A stretch of DNA of 63,616 bases, filler included, from Octopus bimaculoides (Eukaryota): the NCBI RefSeq assembly GCF_001194135.2. It is 6 parts of 6 records of this genome, joined end to end, with 100 filler letters (N's around TTAATTAATTAA, not from the genome) between each part and the next. Parts side by side here need not be neighbours in the genome. Positions count along the whole stretch, not along the records: positions 33,235 to 57,010 come from NC_068987.1; 5 more parts are not named here. One strand, given 5' to 3'. Each line of letters begins with the position of its first letter. Position 1 is the stretch's first letter. A program made the position numbers and the translations under genes. Below, one piece after another: positions 34,870-48,676 of the stretch. The notes below the pieces were generated by a model. That model searched no databases, was not told the DNA's origin, and saw nothing but the letters and a program-made list of their open reading frames with translations.

Positions 34870-35879
34870 TTAAAGACAGTAGTATGGCAGAAACAGCAGA
34901 ACACCAAATGAAGTACCTTTTAATGTGTTTGGTTTTGTTCCATGGTATTCTTTATTCAGTACCTGTAGAGACAGTATTTTTTATCCCATGGGGTGGGGTA
35001 AAGCTCAGTAAAAAAAATACCAGTGAGATACTAGGATAAATTTAATCAATTTTATTCATCACCTGTGCTTATGTAAGAAACAATTACTTTACCTGATACT
35101 GGACAGTGTTTACACAAGATTGGAAAATATTTACACAACATAGTAAAATATTTACCCAATAAAATTCAACAATGTTTGAAAATATTTACACAGCATTGTC
35201 CAGTGTTGTGCATATATATATATATTCAGTGTTTGCACACACTTTCTTGAATACAATAGAAAGTAAAGTCTGCCAGTCAGTTAAAAAAAAATGTGAGGAG
35301 GAAGATTGTTAAAACATCAGTATAACCAAAGTTTGAATAATCTTTTTCTTTGTTAAGTATTGGAGGAAGAGAAGCAGCACCCATGCTGTATCCAAACTAG
35401 CCAAAACTGGTGTGGTTGATACAGTTTCGGTAATGTTGTTGCTATGAGATTTACATGTAACCCGAGAGATTGTGGTACTTAGACTTTCACTGAGTGTTGC
35501 CTATAGGCAAAAATGTGAACAATATGAGAATTCCAGAGGGTGTAGTTCTAGGGGAGTAAGGATTGGAAGAAAAAAAGTGTTTAGATTTGGGTGCTAACAC
35601 AAAAGTATATAGTGTTTGATTGGGGTAGACATAGTACATACCTTGCTAGTTTAGCTTAGAGGAGTAGGAGATGTTATAGTATGGAAGTGGAAACAGAGTT
35701 GAAGCAATGTGTATGAGCCACTGGTTGGTATCTGTTAGTGAGTCTTTACTATTTAGATGAGTATCATTCTTTTTCTATCAGATGTTAATATGTGTAGTAG
35801 AAACATTAGCATGTGTGCAAATTGTTAGGAGTAACTGATGTAACACACACACATACACACACACACCTTCATCTTGACA

Positions 35880-36350
35880 TCTCATCTTGAATATATTACA
35901 GAATGTCTGGTCACCTCAACCCAACAAGACCACCATAGCTTTCTATTACCCTCAAATAATGTACCCCAGAGTCAGCCCTTGTACTTACTAAACTTTCATT
36001 CTCTCTTTTCTGGGATATATCCTAATGTTTGGAAATATATTACATTCCCAAGAAAACAACCTCTCCAATCTTATCAATTATTATTCTATCACCCCCACTT
36101 CTAGTATCTCTAAGGTAATGGAGATAACCATTAGCAATGACATCTTCCAACACTTTAAATCTCTTTTTTCCTCCATAATGACCATTATCATGGCTTCCAT
36201 AAAACCAAATCCACTATTTCCCTACTCTCCTATGTCAGTAAGAGCAGCGTTGTCACTCTCAACACCAAATCTTTTGACCATGTCTGACATGCAATTATCC
36301 AATCAATCCTGCACTTCTATGTGCTCCACGTGTCTTTTGGTTTGGTAGCT
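35880..36350 (+). mobile_element. CR1-clade LINE relic, RT domain part
   Basis: NYYSITPTSSISKVMEITISNDIFQH (cf. NYRPISLTS.ISKVME) and KSFDHV*H (cf. KAFD.VWH). Confidence 0.75.
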
Positions 36351-36879
36351 TCCTTTAAGATCATTGTATTGTGGCATGTGTTAATGAATCTCTTTCAGTT
36401 TTTCACTCTATCAACTCTGATATTTCCCAGAAACCAGTTTTTCCCCACTAGCTTTTTTTTATATGTCAATGACGTTTGAGCTATATTAAATTTTTTACTT
36501 AAGAGTCTTCAAGAAATTTATATAGACTTTCGCAAATTCTAGTGACATCATGGAACAATGTTGGTTTCTAAGACAACAATTTGTTGAACAAAGATTCCAT
36601 AGTAACTTCTATACAATTTAAATTGGCTATAAACACTTTTGCTCATTGTATTATTGCTGTAGACAATATGGTAAACATTATCAGTGAAAATTACATAAAC
36701 TTATTTTTTTAACTCCGAAATGAACTACTAAACAGCAGGTATTTTCATTTGCCACTTTGAAAAATTATCATTACTATAGAAATAGGTAAATAAATAAATA
36801 AATAAACATAAGCATTGGAGAAATCTTGCTGCCTTATCCAACAACACCTATTCTTATATATATATATATAAAGCTACTC

Positions 36880-37770
36880 TTTATCCTTCCCTAAACTGCC
36901 CCAACCATGCATCATCCACATGAAACCTAGATATCTATATCAAACCTTCACAGATTCAATGAATAGAGACTGTGAAAGCATCTTCTAGTGAAGATGTGCC
37001 ACTCTTGCTTCATTCAACAGCAAATAGCCTTTCAAGGAAACTTCATCACACAACATATCTCCTGAAAAATAAGAAACACTCAACTAAAACCCTTCAAAAG
37101 TTGGGCTTCAATTAAAGAAGATCTCTCTTGGCAAAAGCATATCCTCAACAAAGCTAGGATTACTTCATCGCAACTGACTCTTCTCTTCAGAGCCAGAAGA
37201 TACTACATTCCTCAACAATCAGTAACACTCTATAAAGCTTATGTGAGGTCTGCAATGGAGTAGTGACCCCTCACCAGGAACAGTGTTGCTGTTGCTGCTG
37301 CTGCACACATGGACATGCTTCATCACATTTAGACAAGAGCCACTCAAATGATTAGCATAAAATTACTCACAGACATGCTCCAGCCCCTGGGCCATAAGTA
37401 GTATATACGGTCTTTTCTCTGCCTTTTCTACCACAGCTATAACAACTTCTGTTCCTTGGATCTGGCTGAGCTCATGCTGTTCTACTCATGTGTTTCCAAT
37501 TCAAATGTCTCTCCTCCTTCCATCACCCATGTTGTGTCCAACTGCTACTCTAATCCCTCACCAGAACCCATCCACACTAACCACTACTTCCTTCCCAGAA
37601 CATCGACCCTTTGAAAGTCACTCTCCACCAGTGTTTTCATGCAGGTATTGACTTGCAATGATTCAAGAAGACCATTCACAGCATCTGTCTAACAGGTCTT
37701 GGAATTCCTGCAAAGATCAAGGGCACTGTCTGTTCCATCTTTGCAGGCCCAGCAAATAAATAAATGAATG
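36880..37770 (+). mobile_element. CR1-clade LINE relic, 3' part of ORF2 and tail
   Basis: DLSWQKHI, LYKAYVRSAME*, FLPRTSTL*K.L and DLQ*FKK remnants, ending in an AAAT-repeat tail near 37757. Confidence 0.75.
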
Positions 37771-38717
37771 AATAAGCAAACAGCTATAAATCTGTGTTGT
37801 GTTGGCTTGCTGAGACTCACAAAGGATTTGTGAGATACTCACAAAGGATCATGGCACAAAAGATTTGACAAGGGATCATGGCAAAGAGTGAGACACTGTG
37901 CTGCAAAAGTTCCATTCAACATATGCAAACATGATAAAATAAATGTAAAATTATGATGTCATCATTATGACCATGATGTTGACGAAGATGATATTTATAT
38001 ATGATTATGTGAAGAGCAATAGTTTCTGGTCAGCAATTGAGAAAGCAAATATTTCAGATGTTTAGCTTGCTTCCAGCCGATAGAATTTAGCCAGCTGAGG
38101 GTGAAGAGGGTGAATGGTTGAATAAACTCAGTAAGTTGAAGCATTCATCTAACTATTGCCCCCACCAATTGCAGTATAAATGTACAATATAAATTTAAAA
38201 ACAAAAGTAATGCTGACAAAGATTCCCGATCTGTTTAATTCTAACCAGCTCTGGAAGATTTCCAGAGCCAGGTATTTAATCCCAAAGTATTCTGTTCACT
38301 AATTGAGTGGTGTTTGGTGTGGCACGTAGTGGGGGACTTCTCGTACCATTTTTGTCTTGTTTTGTTGCTCCATTGTTTCCAGTGTTCTAATTACAGTTCT
38401 GGCAAGGTGGGCAAAATCAGGCCAAGTGCACGGAACCAGTTATTTTACTGACAAAAGTAAATATATATCAGCTTCTTGATCAGAGTTGGTTACTGTGTTG
38501 TTGTGATGGCAGTGGTGGTAGCAGTGGTATTGAGGTGTTGGTGCCAGTAGTAAACAATTATTATAATAACAGTTGTTTTTTTATGATAGTAGTGGTTGTT
38601 GTCCTTGTTGTGGTGTGGTAGTAGCAGTTGTAGTGGTTATTTCTTGTAGTCAGCAGCAGCAGTAGTAGTGGGGTTGATGTTTATTTGTCATTGGGGTTGT
38701 AGTAATATACTTATGTT

Positions 38718-38781
<64 letters not shown>
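38718..38781. repeat. Compound (GCA)n(GTA)n microsatellite
   Basis: Seen directly. Confidence 0.95.
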
Positions 38782-38784
<3 letters not shown>

Positions 38785-39029
38785 CTTATTTTTCATTGGG
38801 TTAGTAGTGGTATACTTGTGATGGCAGTAGCAGCAGTAGTAGTAGTAGTAGTAGTGATTGTTGTGGTAGAGGAGTTTAGTATAATTATCTGGTTGTTATG
38901 GTGATAGTATGAGTAATCATGATTGTTTTTATCCTTGCTAGAATGGTGGTTGTGATAGTTACCATTATTTTGTTCCCCTGTTGCATCCCTAACCAAACAA
39001 ACATGTTAGCATGAAATTGCTGTCCCGCT

Positions 39030-39325
39030 TACTTCAACCTCCAACCATGCTGTGTTATCTCTTTGTCTTTCTACTGCTACTACAATGGCCTCTGCTCTTT
39101 GAAACATGATGGCTGATCTTGTGCCACTATCACTCAAGCATGCCGTGCTTACTCATCTCTCCTCTTCCTCCTGCTTTTCTTACTCATATTGTGTCTTCCA
39201 CCATACCATCAGCTATACCCAATCCTTTCTCCACAAAACATTGGCCCTCTGTGATCCTAAACTTGCTTGTGTTTTTTCTTGCACCTCTTGATTTGCAGTC
39301 ATTCAAGAAGATATTGATTTCTCAT
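39030..39325 (+). mobile_element. Short CR1 3'-end relic
   Basis: YTQSFLHKTLAL...VF...DLQSFKK resembles the CR1 ORF2 C-terminus. Confidence 0.5.
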
Positions 39326-39640
39326 TGACCTCACTGGTCTTCAAAATCATTGCATGATTTTGAGTCAAAATCTTCCTGAGGTCAAATTTGTCTTACATTG
39401 TTCCAGAGTTAATAAAATAAGACCAGTCAAATATTTGGAGTGACTAATAGGGACTGTATCCTCTCCCTTAAACATGTACAGTTTTGTACCTTTTATCAAA
39501 AATTATTATTAGTATCTAAAGGAAGATGTGTTATTATTTCAGGGTTGATAAAATAAAGCACCAGTCTAGTACTGGGGTCAATGTAATCAACTAACCCACT
39601 CCTCCTAAACAATTGTGCCAAAATTTGAAACAATTATTAT

Positions 39641-40008
39641 TATTACCGCCACCTTAATGAAGGTGGAAGTATTGTTTTCAGTTGTGTTTGTTTGTCCGTG
39701 GACAAGTTATCTCAAGAACCACTGGATGGATTCGGATGAAACTTTCAGGGATGTTTGGCCTCATGACTGACGCAAACTGATTATATTTTGGGATCAATCT
39801 GGTACCAGACAAGGATTCTGGATTATTTTTCTGTTTTCTTTTTTTACTTAATTTTTTGAGTGTGGTCAGGTTCATTTTTAGTATTCTCGTTTGTGAGAGC
39901 AGTCGAGTTTATTTCAGATATTCTTATTTTAAAAATCATCTCCAGCTAATCCTTGAGAAGGCGTTGGTGTTGCCTTGGTGGAGGTCTATGCTCTCTGAGT
40001 GCTCTTGT
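39641..40008 (+). mobile_element. Helentron-associated non-autonomous element (HINE/DINE-1-like)
   Basis: 5' accgccacctt...aaggtgg hairpin, 3' subterminal ccttggtggaggt, and terminal gctctctgagtgc stem-loop-like end in T-rich flanks. Confidence 0.55.
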
Positions 40009-40477
40009 TATTATTATTATTGTTTTCATTATCATCTTCTTTCTATTCTGTTTCCATTTCTTGCCGAGTGTCTTCCTGACACCTAGGGCAGAGAAACTAT
40101 AATTTTAAGTGGCTGTAAGGTATGTTTTGAGAAAGATTTGCCTGCTGTTTATGACAGGCAAGGAAATCGTGTTAAGCTCTTTTCATTGACTCGTCTTTAT
40201 GTGTCTTTAAAAGGTGTGTCTGTGTGAATTAGAACATATGATATATTAATTCAAAATTGACACAATAACTTCCAATGCCAGAACTGTGAGAAGGCCAAAC
40301 ACAATGCCTTGAAGGATTTAATTCCGGATTGTTACATTTTGAAATCAACTTTGCCTTTCATCCTTCCATGATCCGTAAAGTACTGCAGTTGGTTTCTAAT
40401 GGTAGGCCATTAAAATAAACACACCAAATTGTCCATTTGCAAAGTCATATGATAGAGAAAATGGGGAAGAAAGATTA

Positions 40478-40539
<62 letters not shown>

Positions 40540-41828
40540 ATTAGCACGCTGAACAAAATGCTATTAAGGATTTTGTCTGTCTCTATGTGCTGGGTTCAAA
40601 TTCCTCTGACATCAACTTTGCCTTTCATCCTTTTGGGGTCGATAAATTAAGTACCAGTGAAACACTGGGAGTCAATGCAATCGACTAATCCCCACCCTCA
40701 AAAAATTTTCTAGCCTTGTGTCTTTAGTAGACAGGATTATTATTATTATTAATTTTGTTGGTGTGGTTAGTGATGTTAAGCTACAATTTTTCCACCATGT
40801 CAAATTCTCACTGATGCTGATACACTTATTTTATATCCATTGTTCTTTGTTTCTTTTTCTTTTATATGATTTCCTGGTATGTTGTATGCTTAGTTTCAAG
40901 TCAATTCTGATCAAACAGACTTTTATAATCAAAGGTATACTAGTGGCAGCCAACCCTTCCTACTTTTTTGTCACGTATTGTATATCTAGAATTACATTAT
41001 GCAATATGTTTTCCTATAATTTTAAATGGCTGTAAGGTGTGTTTTGAGAAAGATTTGCCTGCTGTTCATGACAGGCAAGGAAATAGTATTGAGATCTTTC
41101 CATTGACTCATTTTTATGTCTTGAAAAGGTGTGTCTGTGTGAATTAGGACAAATGATATATTAATTCAAAATTAACACAATAACTTTCAATGCCAGAACT
41201 GAGAAGGTCAAACACAATGCCTTGAAGGATTTAGTTCCAGCTTGTTACATTTTGAAATCAACTTTGCCTTTTATCCTTCCATGATCCATAAAGTACTGCA
41301 ATTGATTTCTAATTTTCTCCAATCAGTGACTACAGATGAGAACCTAAATTAATCTTGTTAATGCAGCTTAAGCTTTAAGGATGAATCAGGTGTTAATTCC
41401 AAAGGTATTCCGGAAGGAAGAAGTGACTGTAGATATAATTATGTTAGAAAGCCATAATCATAGAATGCTGCCACACCAATCTTATATGCAACAGGATGTG
41501 TGTGGTATGTCTGGCATCATGCCCGACGCAAATCAAGTGAAGACACCTCCACGAAATCCCAACCAAGACGCTTAGGAAAACAGCAAGAGACATTCTTCTA
41601 TTTAAAATGTAATTTGACCCAGTGAGTAAGGTAATGAGCTAGCTATTCTTAGAATAAACTCTGAAATCTGAGGAAGTCAATGAGGATCTATAAGGCAATT
41701 AAGTGAACAAGTTCAATTTCCATGAAGAGTGTAGAACCTAATGGTGTGAGATCACTTGAGCTACAGGCATCTATTTGTCTAATACAGTCCATGTGACAAT
41801 GTGGCCTATATTTGACAAATAAATACCA

Positions 41829-41899
<71 letters not shown>

Positions 41900-42289
41900 T
41901 CTCGCTATCTATCTATTTATTTATCTATCTCACACGCACACACAAGTCCCAGAAACATATTCTACTGGCCTTACTGAGCTCTGAGTTTGAATCTACTGCA
42001 AGCATTTTGTGTTATTGGAGGACAGACTCTTGATTCACATCACAGGGCTGTTGAGAATAGCTAGCAGATCATCTGAGTGATATTACCTGTGATAGACTGG
42101 TACCTTAACTAAGAAGAGATTTATCTTTCATCTATTTAGCCAGTTCATCTAGCCATCAAGAATGTTATATCAAATCTGTTTGGAATATTACTTTAACCAA
42201 AAGGAGATCTGTCTTTCATTCCCTTGATACCGTAGTTCTCAAATGAATTATCACACCAGATGTAAACTTATTAAGATATAATTTAAGAT

Positions 42290-42731
42290 TTTTAGACACT
42301 TCATACAAATGCTTCAGCATTTTGAAAAGTGTCATCTTCATCATCATTTATGGTACCTTTCCTAATTGTGCTCCACACAATAATCCACGAGATTGCAATC
42401 GGGGGAATTAGGAGGCCAGAAATTGGGGCTGGTGAACTCGTAGGATTTCTCCAACAACCACTTCTGACTCTTTCCAGAGGTATGGCAAAGAGCTGAGACC
42501 TGTTGCCACACATGACCTTCCAGCAGCAATCCTCTCCAGCCAGGGATTGACTACATTTTCAGGCGGCTACACATAGTTGTCTGAATTGAGCCTGAAGCCT
42601 TGTTCATCAATTATTGGATGAATTCCCATCATGTTCACACAGTCAGAATGCCTACTGTGTCCCTTCATGCTGGTCACAGCTTCATGGTCTCCAGAGCAGC
42701 TGTCCATATCAAATCTTACAACCTTTACAGT
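42290..42731 (-). pseudogene. Tc1/mariner (DD37D-like) transposase relic, internally deleted; continues about 43126-43250 beyond a SINE insertion
   Basis: Minus-strand EQGFRLNSDNYV, PWLERIAAG, VWQQVSALCHTSGKSQKWL and FWPPNSPDCNLVDY motifs. Confidence 0.8.
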
Positions 42732-43112
42732 TGTTGGCACTCCGTCGCTTACGACGACGAGAGTTCCAGTTGATCCGATCAACGGAACAGCCTGCTCGTG
42801 AAATTAACGTGCAAGTGGCTGAGCACTCCACAGACACGTGTACCCTTAACGTAGTTCTCGGGGATATTCAGCGTGACACAGTGTGACAAGGCTGACCCTT
42901 TGAATTACAGGCACAACAGAAACAGGAAGTAAGAGTGAGAGAAAGTTGTGGTGAAAGAATACAGCAGGGTTCGCCACCATCCCCTGCCAGAACCTCATGG
43001 AGCTTTAGGTGTTTTCGCTCAATAAACACTCACAATGCCCGACTTGGGAATTGAAACCGCAATCCTATGACCGCGAGTCTGCTACCCTAACCACTGGGCC
43101 ATTACGCCTCCA
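42732..43112 (-). mobile_element. tRNA-headed SINE, family D, with perfect 13-bp TSD
   Basis: caacctttacagt at 42719-42731 and 43113-43125. Head gtggaggcgtaatggcccagtggttaggg...ggtttcaattccc on the minus strand. Confidence 0.9.
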
Positions 43113-43330
43113 CAACCTTTACAGTATGCACAGAGCCTTGAACAGTAGTCATGTCGTTGGCATTTTGATACATGGTGGGAATCATCATGATACAGGTAAC
43201 ACATTTCCAACATTCAGATGGTTTTTCAGTCCTCCATGTCAGCCAGGTTTTTCTCAACTACAACCTTAATCCTTAAGCTCTCCAATACTGTTGGCTATTC
43301 ACCACATGTGTGTGTGTGTGTGTGTGTACA

Positions 43331-43549
43331 TGAAGGGATGCTGAAAAGTTACTGGCTTTAAGAGCATCTTGAAAGGCTTGGTTAGAGGCCCAGCCTTCCA
43401 ATTCTTTTACAAGGCTTAGAAGAACTGAAGGACCACTGCAATAAGTGTGTGAATCTGAGAGGGGAATAGGTTGAATAAAAAAACATAATTAACTGATCTT
43501 CCTGTATTTTCTTTTACCCAAAGCCAGGAACTTTTCAGTACCCACCTCA
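43331..43549 (+). mobile_element. Mariner-derived MITE
   Basis: TIRs (gctgaaaagtt.ctggcttt). Internal GLEELKDHCNKCVNLRGE*VE* resembles the mariner transposase C-terminus. Confidence 0.8.
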
Positions 43550-43571
43550 TGCTTGCATGTGTGTGTGTATG

Positions 43572-43606
<35 letters not shown>

Positions 43607-45290
43607 TCATCATTGTTTTAACATCCTCTTCTCCTTGCTTGCATGGGTCAGACAGAATCTTGTTGAGTCAGATGCCATCCTGTTACCAGACTGCTCCTGT
43701 TTCCAAGTTATGTAAAATTTCGCCATGACTAGATGTGTTTTTGTGGAAGGTTGAGAATGAAGGACTCCACTCACATGACAGAGACTTTTGTTTACAACTA
43801 TTATGTGATGTCGAGGCAAGGAGACAGTAACACACACACATATACACATGCATGCACACACACATACATATACATACAGGCATACTTTCATACATACATA
43901 CATACACACACACATACATACATACATACATACATGAAACAAAGCATACAAATCTGCACATATACACACATACAAAAATACCGTGTTGTTTAAATTACAA
44001 TGAAGGGGCCTTGGATCTAGGTTAGAAACCAGCTCATTCTCTATTGGCAAGAAATCTTGAAATTAAACTGAATGATGACAAACATACATACATACAGTCA
44101 GTCTGTCTGTCTGTCTGTCTGTCTGCCTGTCTGTCTGTACCAAATCCACTCAGAGTGTGCTGGGTGCTTTTTATGTGGCACGAGCACTGGTGCTTTTTAC
44201 ATAGACTGTCACCGATGGTTTTCATGTGGACTGGCATGCATGCTTTGTATGTTTTACATGGACCGGCACTGTCTCATGTGGACTGGCACAGGTTTTTTTG
44301 TGGTCCTGAGGCATGTGGCTTAGTGGTTAGAGTGTAGTTTTCATGATCATAAGATCATTCCTGGAATGAGTAATGCATTGTATTCTTGAGCAAAACACTT
44401 CATTGTTCCAGTTCACTTAGTTGGCAAAGAAGAATAATATAGCATCAGACTGGCATCTGGTCTGGTGGGAGATAAAAGTGTCACTGAATCCAAGAAATGA
44501 GTCTTATGACTTGGGAAGAACGTTTCATCCCTATTTTCCATATAGATATGTATGTTTACATATATAAACACACACTCATATGCACGCACATGCATGTGTG
44601 CACACACACGTATACACGTATAGGAAAGTGTGAATGTTTGCGGCTTGTTTTTCACTGGAACGGTGTTGATATTTGTTCAGGTCCAGTTACTGTATATGTA
44701 CATTTGGAGTAAATATACAATATATATATATATACATATGTGTAAATGTATATACATATGTAAATATACATGTGTGTGAGCATGCATACACACACACATA
44801 CACATACACACATTCAGACATATACTCACATACATTCACAGATATGCATGCATGTGTTTACACAAGACATGATATTCACATGTTTGCTTCAGTCTTAATA
44901 TAAAAAAAACATTGAACCAGTCAAAGTGGTTCAGTGTTTTCTGGGATATCGCCTCCTCTCTTTATTTCTTCTTCCCCTCCATCAACCCTGTCTAATTATG
45001 TATTCATGTTATGATTTGATCCATTTAGTGTTGAATAACATTGAATGTATATTATTCTTGTGTATATAGGGAATGGTCGGAGTGATGTCTATCAGTTGTA
45101 GTGTTTTTGTTGTTGAATAAATCTTATGCATTTAAAAAGATATTTACTATTATAAATAGATATGCATAGATAAATATCTGTACATAAATAGATGCATGCA
45201 TGCACACTCATATGCCCTCACTTATATGTGTGTGTTTACATATATATACACACACACATGCACACAGACACACACACACACACTCATACA

Positions 45291-45372
<82 letters not shown>

Positions 45373-46049
45373 AAGAGATACACACACACATGCATACACA
45401 ATGCACCATATCATCATATATTTGCATGCATTTAATTATTAATTGTGTGTGTGTGTGTGTCTGTATGTATGTATGCACAAGAACTCAGTGAAACAAAGAT
45501 TTTATACATGCACAAAATGTTTGTCCTCTAATTTATACATCGTCCGTGAAACCCTATGAACTTAACTCCATTTATTTATCAACATATCTAGAAACTCTAC
45601 AAACTGTAGAAAAATCACTGCTGCCTCTAGACTTTAGCACTTTGTCATCTGGCTCTTAGTCTGCAGTTTGACGCAGTAGGAAGCAAGTTCCAGCTCTGAT
45701 TGGTCTAAATCTAGGCATATTCCCTCTGTTCTCCCTTTTGCTGTCTCTTCCTCTCACTCTCTCCCATCTCACTATATGCATCCATATCTCCTGATTTTTG
45801 TTATTGATCATTGATGACATATAGTTTTTATTATTGTGTTAATGTTGCTGCTGCTGCTAGTGTTGTTGAGGTGGTGGTGGCAATGTTGTTGTTATTGGTT
45901 GAGGCCATGGTTATAGTGACCTGCTGGTGTTGTTATTGCTATTGTTTACACTGTTGTTTATCAAGATGGTGGTTCGTGTGATGGTGCCAGAGGTGGAGTT
46001 AATGGCTGCAACTGTAACCTATTATTAAAGACAGTCTGGCCATGATCAC

Positions 46050-47050
46050 CCCCACTTTTTTCTGTAAGACCAGATTATCCAATAGGTTTTCTTATATAAC
46101 ACAGTAGGGTTTGATTTTGAGGGATATTAGGCTGCTATTTCTAGCAAGTCTCATGGCCACATAGAGGCTCCCTTGTTGACATGTTGGGGATGTTTAACCC
46201 CAGGTGAATCCTGATCATTGTTGTTGTTTAGCCTCAGGTTGGCCTTAATTGAGCAAAGATATTCCACTTATGACCATCCTGTCTTTTTCTCATGCCTGAG
46301 TGGTCTAACACCACATTATACAAAGCAGCCTTTTCAAAAATGGTTGAGTATGATTTGAGGGAGTTAAGACTGCTATTTCTAGCTGATTGACTGACCACTG
46401 GAATGTTTAGTTACAAGACAGCTCTGATTTAGTGAATATATAATCAAAGGCATTCCAGCCTTGCCCTTATTTAATCCCAATATAATCCTATCTAGGATTA
46501 AATAAGGTAATCCTACTATTGCATTATTTAATGTGTCCTAACTATATGTAAGATGGTGGTGTGTCATCTGAGGGAAATTTAGCTGTTGTTTCTAGCAGCT
46601 TGAATGATTACAGAGAAGCTCTCTTTCGTTGGCTCTAAGTTGGAAGATGATGTTCCTTATGGTTGTGATAGCAGTGGCGGCAGTGATGGTTATAGCATTC
46701 TTTTAGTTGTTTGGCTTCAGGTGATTCCTAATCAAGCAGACCTCTCATCAAAGAAGGCAATGCAGGTTTCACCATCCCATCTTCTACATTTAGGACTGTG
46801 TTATCCACTGGGTCCTTACTTGGTTAAGATGGTAGAGTGTGATTTGTGAGTATTTGGCTGCTATTTCTAGTAGGCCAGATAACCATGCAGAAGAGTCTTT
46901 GGTTGCTCATAGGTTCTCTTAGTGTTTGGTGTTAGCAATGCTGAGGTTGGTTGAATTTGTGATGGTTGTAGTTTAGCTCCAGGTCTGCATTAATCAAGCA
47001 GATCTATGATCAAAGAGGTTCCACCCATGACCATCCCATCAATCCCCACC
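46050..47050 (+). repeat. Tandem cluster of fragments of a dispersed repeat (gatttgagggagatttggctgctatttctagc)
   Basis: Motif recurs four times here and also near 19580, 40120, 41040 and 48065. Confidence 0.6.
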
Positions 47051-47340
47051 CCAACTTCTATGTCTATGTGAATATTAACATTTCACAACTTTGCAGGTCC
47101 CACATAAATGCACCCGTGCTGGTGCCACATACAAAACACTTGTGCTTGGGTGCCACATAAAAAGCACTGGTGTTGGTGCCACATAAAAAGCACCCAGTAC
47201 ACTCTGTAAAGTGGGTGGCATTAGGAAGGGCATCACCCAGTAGAAATCAAGTCAAAACAGACTGATGCAGCTCTCCGGCTGGCCAGCTCCTATCAAACCG
47301 TCCAACCCATGCCAGCATGGAAAACAGACATTAAATGATA

Positions 47341-47722
47341 CTCTTTTACTTGTTACAGTCATTTGACTGCGGCCATGCTGGAGCACTGCCTTTATAGTCG
47401 AGCAAATCAACCCCAGAGCTTATTCTTTGTAAGCCTNNNNNNNNNNNNNNNNNNNNNNNNNNNNNNNNNNNNNNNNNNNNNNNNNNNNNNNNNNNNNNNN
47501 NNNNNNNNNNNNNNNNNNNNNNNNNNNNNNNNNNNNNNNNNNNNNNNNNNNNNNNNNNNNNNNNNNNNNNNNNNNNNNNNNNNNNNNNNNNNNNNNNNNN
47601 NNNNNNNNNNNNNNNNNNNNNNNNNNNNNNNNNNNNNNNNNNNNNNNNNNNNNNNNNNNNNNNNNNNNNNNNNNNNNNNNNNNNNNNNNNNNNNNNNNNN
47701 NNNNNNNNNNNNNNNNNNNNNN

Positions 47723-47765
<43 letters not shown>

Positions 47766-47930
47766 CATATACGACAGGTTTCTACCAGTTTTTGTCTACC
47801 AAATCCACTCACAAGGTTTTGGTCGGCCTGAGACTATAGTAGAAGACACTTGCCCAAGGTGCCACACAGTGGGATTGAACCCGGGACCATGTGGTTGGTA
47901 AACAAGCTACTTACCACACAGCCACTCCTG
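47341..47930 (-). mobile_element. tRNA-headed SINE, family B (gap inside). Partial copies at about 18100-18350, 30570-30670, 48215-48400, 49290-49450, 52643-52790, 60968-61044 and 63365-63540
   Basis: Head with A box TGGCTGTGTGG and B box GGTTCAATCCC on the minus strand; internal microsatellite. Confidence 0.85.
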
Positions 47931-48420
47931 TCACCATTCATTTCATTGAACGAAACCATGATCGAAGATGTTGCAGCTTTGACCAATCTATTTTCTTGTG
48001 TGTTTATCAAACATTGGCTATATTGTCTATTGTATTCTTCATCTAAGATGGAGCGATTTGATTTATGGAGGATTTAGTCACTATTTCTAGCAGAACAGGC
48101 AACAGGACAGAGGCTTCCCATTGGTTCATACTGGTAATGATTGTACAAGTGATGTTTTTGTTGTTACTGTGCAGCAGTGGCAGCGACAACAGTGATGACA
48201 GTGTGATTATATCTTTTACTTTGACTTGATTCAGCCATTAGACTTTGGCCATACTGGGGTACCACATTGAAGGGTTTTAGTTGAACAAATCACACCCAGT
48301 ACTTATTTGGTCTTTTTTACCGAGCCACTAAGTTACAGAGGACATGAACAAACCAACACCAGCTGTCAAGCAGTGAGGGTGGAAACAAACAAACAAGAAC
48401 ACACACACACACATTATATA

Positions 48421-48637
48421 TGAAGGGGTGCTGCTGAAAAGTTCCTGGCTTTGGGTAAAAGAAAATACAGGAGGATCAGTTAATTATGATTTTATTCAAC
48501 ATATTCCCCTCTCAGATTCACACACTTATTGCAGTGGTCCTTCAGTTTTTCTAAGCCCTTTGAAAGAACTCAGAAGGTTGGGCCTCCAACCAGATCTTTC
48601 ATGATACCCTTTAAAGCCAGGAACTTTTCAGCACCCC

Positions 48638-48641
<4 letters not shown>
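48421..48641 (-). mobile_element. Mariner-derived MITE, same family as 43331-43549, inverted
   Basis: TA-flanked TIRs. Reverse complement aligns along the whole length with the 43331 copy. Confidence 0.85.
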
Positions 48642-48676
<35 letters not shown>

